A stretch of DNA of 64,000 nucleotides, taken from Podarcis melisellensis (lineage: Eukaryota). The DNA lies in assembly GCA_964234715.1 (NCBI GenBank), contig OZ174281.1; one strand, 5' to 3'. Positions 63,385 to 64,000 of this stretch are shown piece by piece. The position numbers and the translations under genes are program-made. Position 1 is the first letter of the stretch, and each line of letters begins with the position of its first letter. Below the pieces are notes generated by a model. It saw only the letters and a program-made list of their open reading frames with translations. It was not told where the DNA came from and searched no databases.

Positions 63385-63540
63385 GCATATGGTGTGGTGT
63401 TTAGAATGCTGGACTAAAAATGGGGAGAATCAGTTTCATTCCCCACTCAGCTATAAAGCTGATTCCATGATTTTGGGCCAGTCATTGCTTCTGCTCCTTG
63501 GAAGAGGAGTGGGATAAAAATATCAAATAAAAATAAAAAT
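63385..63540 (+). mobile_element. tRNA-derived SINE, same family, internally shortened
   Basis: GCATATGGTGTGGTGTTTAGAATGCTGGACT...CCCCACTCAGCTATAAAGCT...GGGCCAGTC and an (AAAAT)n tail. Confidence 0.65.
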
Positions 63541-63653
63541 TAGTGACTATCAACACGTTTCTGATAACAAATTGAAAGCAAGTCGCTGCTATGTGCTTGG
63601 AATTGCACCTTAAATCTGATAACCAGAAAGTCTATTTGTCCTTTTTCCTTCAG

Positions 63654-63866
63654 GAGTTAAAGCATTCAGTTGCAGCATTTGCAATACATCCTTTACTACT
63701 AATGGAAGCCTTACTAGACATATGGCAACTCACATGAGCATGAAACCATACAAGTGCCCATTTTGTGATGAAAGTTTCAGAACTACTGTTCACTGCAAAA
63801 AGCACATGAAAAAGCATCAAGCTGTGTCTTCAACGGCAGCATCAGGTGGAGAAACAGCAGGAGGAG
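63654..63866 (+). CDS. ZNF236: ZNF236 exon 19 ([10 protein letters not shown]...CKKHMKKH...GGETAGG; fingers 20-21); gene continues beyond the window
   Basis: ccttcag acceptor, GAG|gtgagt donor; 213 nt, phase 1-1; no stop codon. Confidence 0.94.
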
Positions 63867-64000
63867 GTGAGTTTTCCCCCCATATGTGTGAATAATCACT
63901 TTGATATTTAAACAGTGTGATGTTCACGGAGGTTGATTATTTTAATGGGCCTCTAAAAGTATTCTATAACATGTTATTGTTTCTCTATTGAAATATGCAG

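Noticed and set aside
63975-64000. Window ends in ...aaatatgcag, possibly the acceptor of ZNF236 exon 20
   Set aside because: Plausible (134-nt intron) but cannot be tested without downstream sequence.

Overview
Vertebrate nuclear DNA, about 40% GC and CpG-depleted. The repeat set (Sauria SINEs, BovB/RTE, CR1, L2, Penelope, TA- and 8-bp-TSD MITEs) points to a squamate, probably a lacertid lizard (inference). Bases 1-32.4 kb contain no protein-coding gene I can support: they hold transposon remnants, microsatellites and several candidate conserved non-coding blocks. A CpG-island promoter at ~32.5-33.7 kb starts ZNF236 on the + strand. I traced 19 GT-AG exons with consistent phases from ATG 32867 to 63866 (3226 nt, 1075 codons, 21 C2H2 fingers), and the gene runs off the right edge. 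Best second-look items: an extra 72-nt in-frame cassette exon (46322-46393); an intact-looking minimal hammerhead ribozyme in a 5'-inverted Penelope insertion (60603-60640) plus a decayed copy; a young 1.67-kb non-coding L1-type element with its own CpG-rich promoter, antisense in intron 7; an N-terminal AT-hook and a G-quadruplex at the start codon; two RTE-driven insertions into CR1 tails; and possible exons of a divergent transcript. I found no convincing wholly new biological system. Most short ORFs in the supplied track are noise. Gene and repeat-family identities come from recalled sequences, not database searches.
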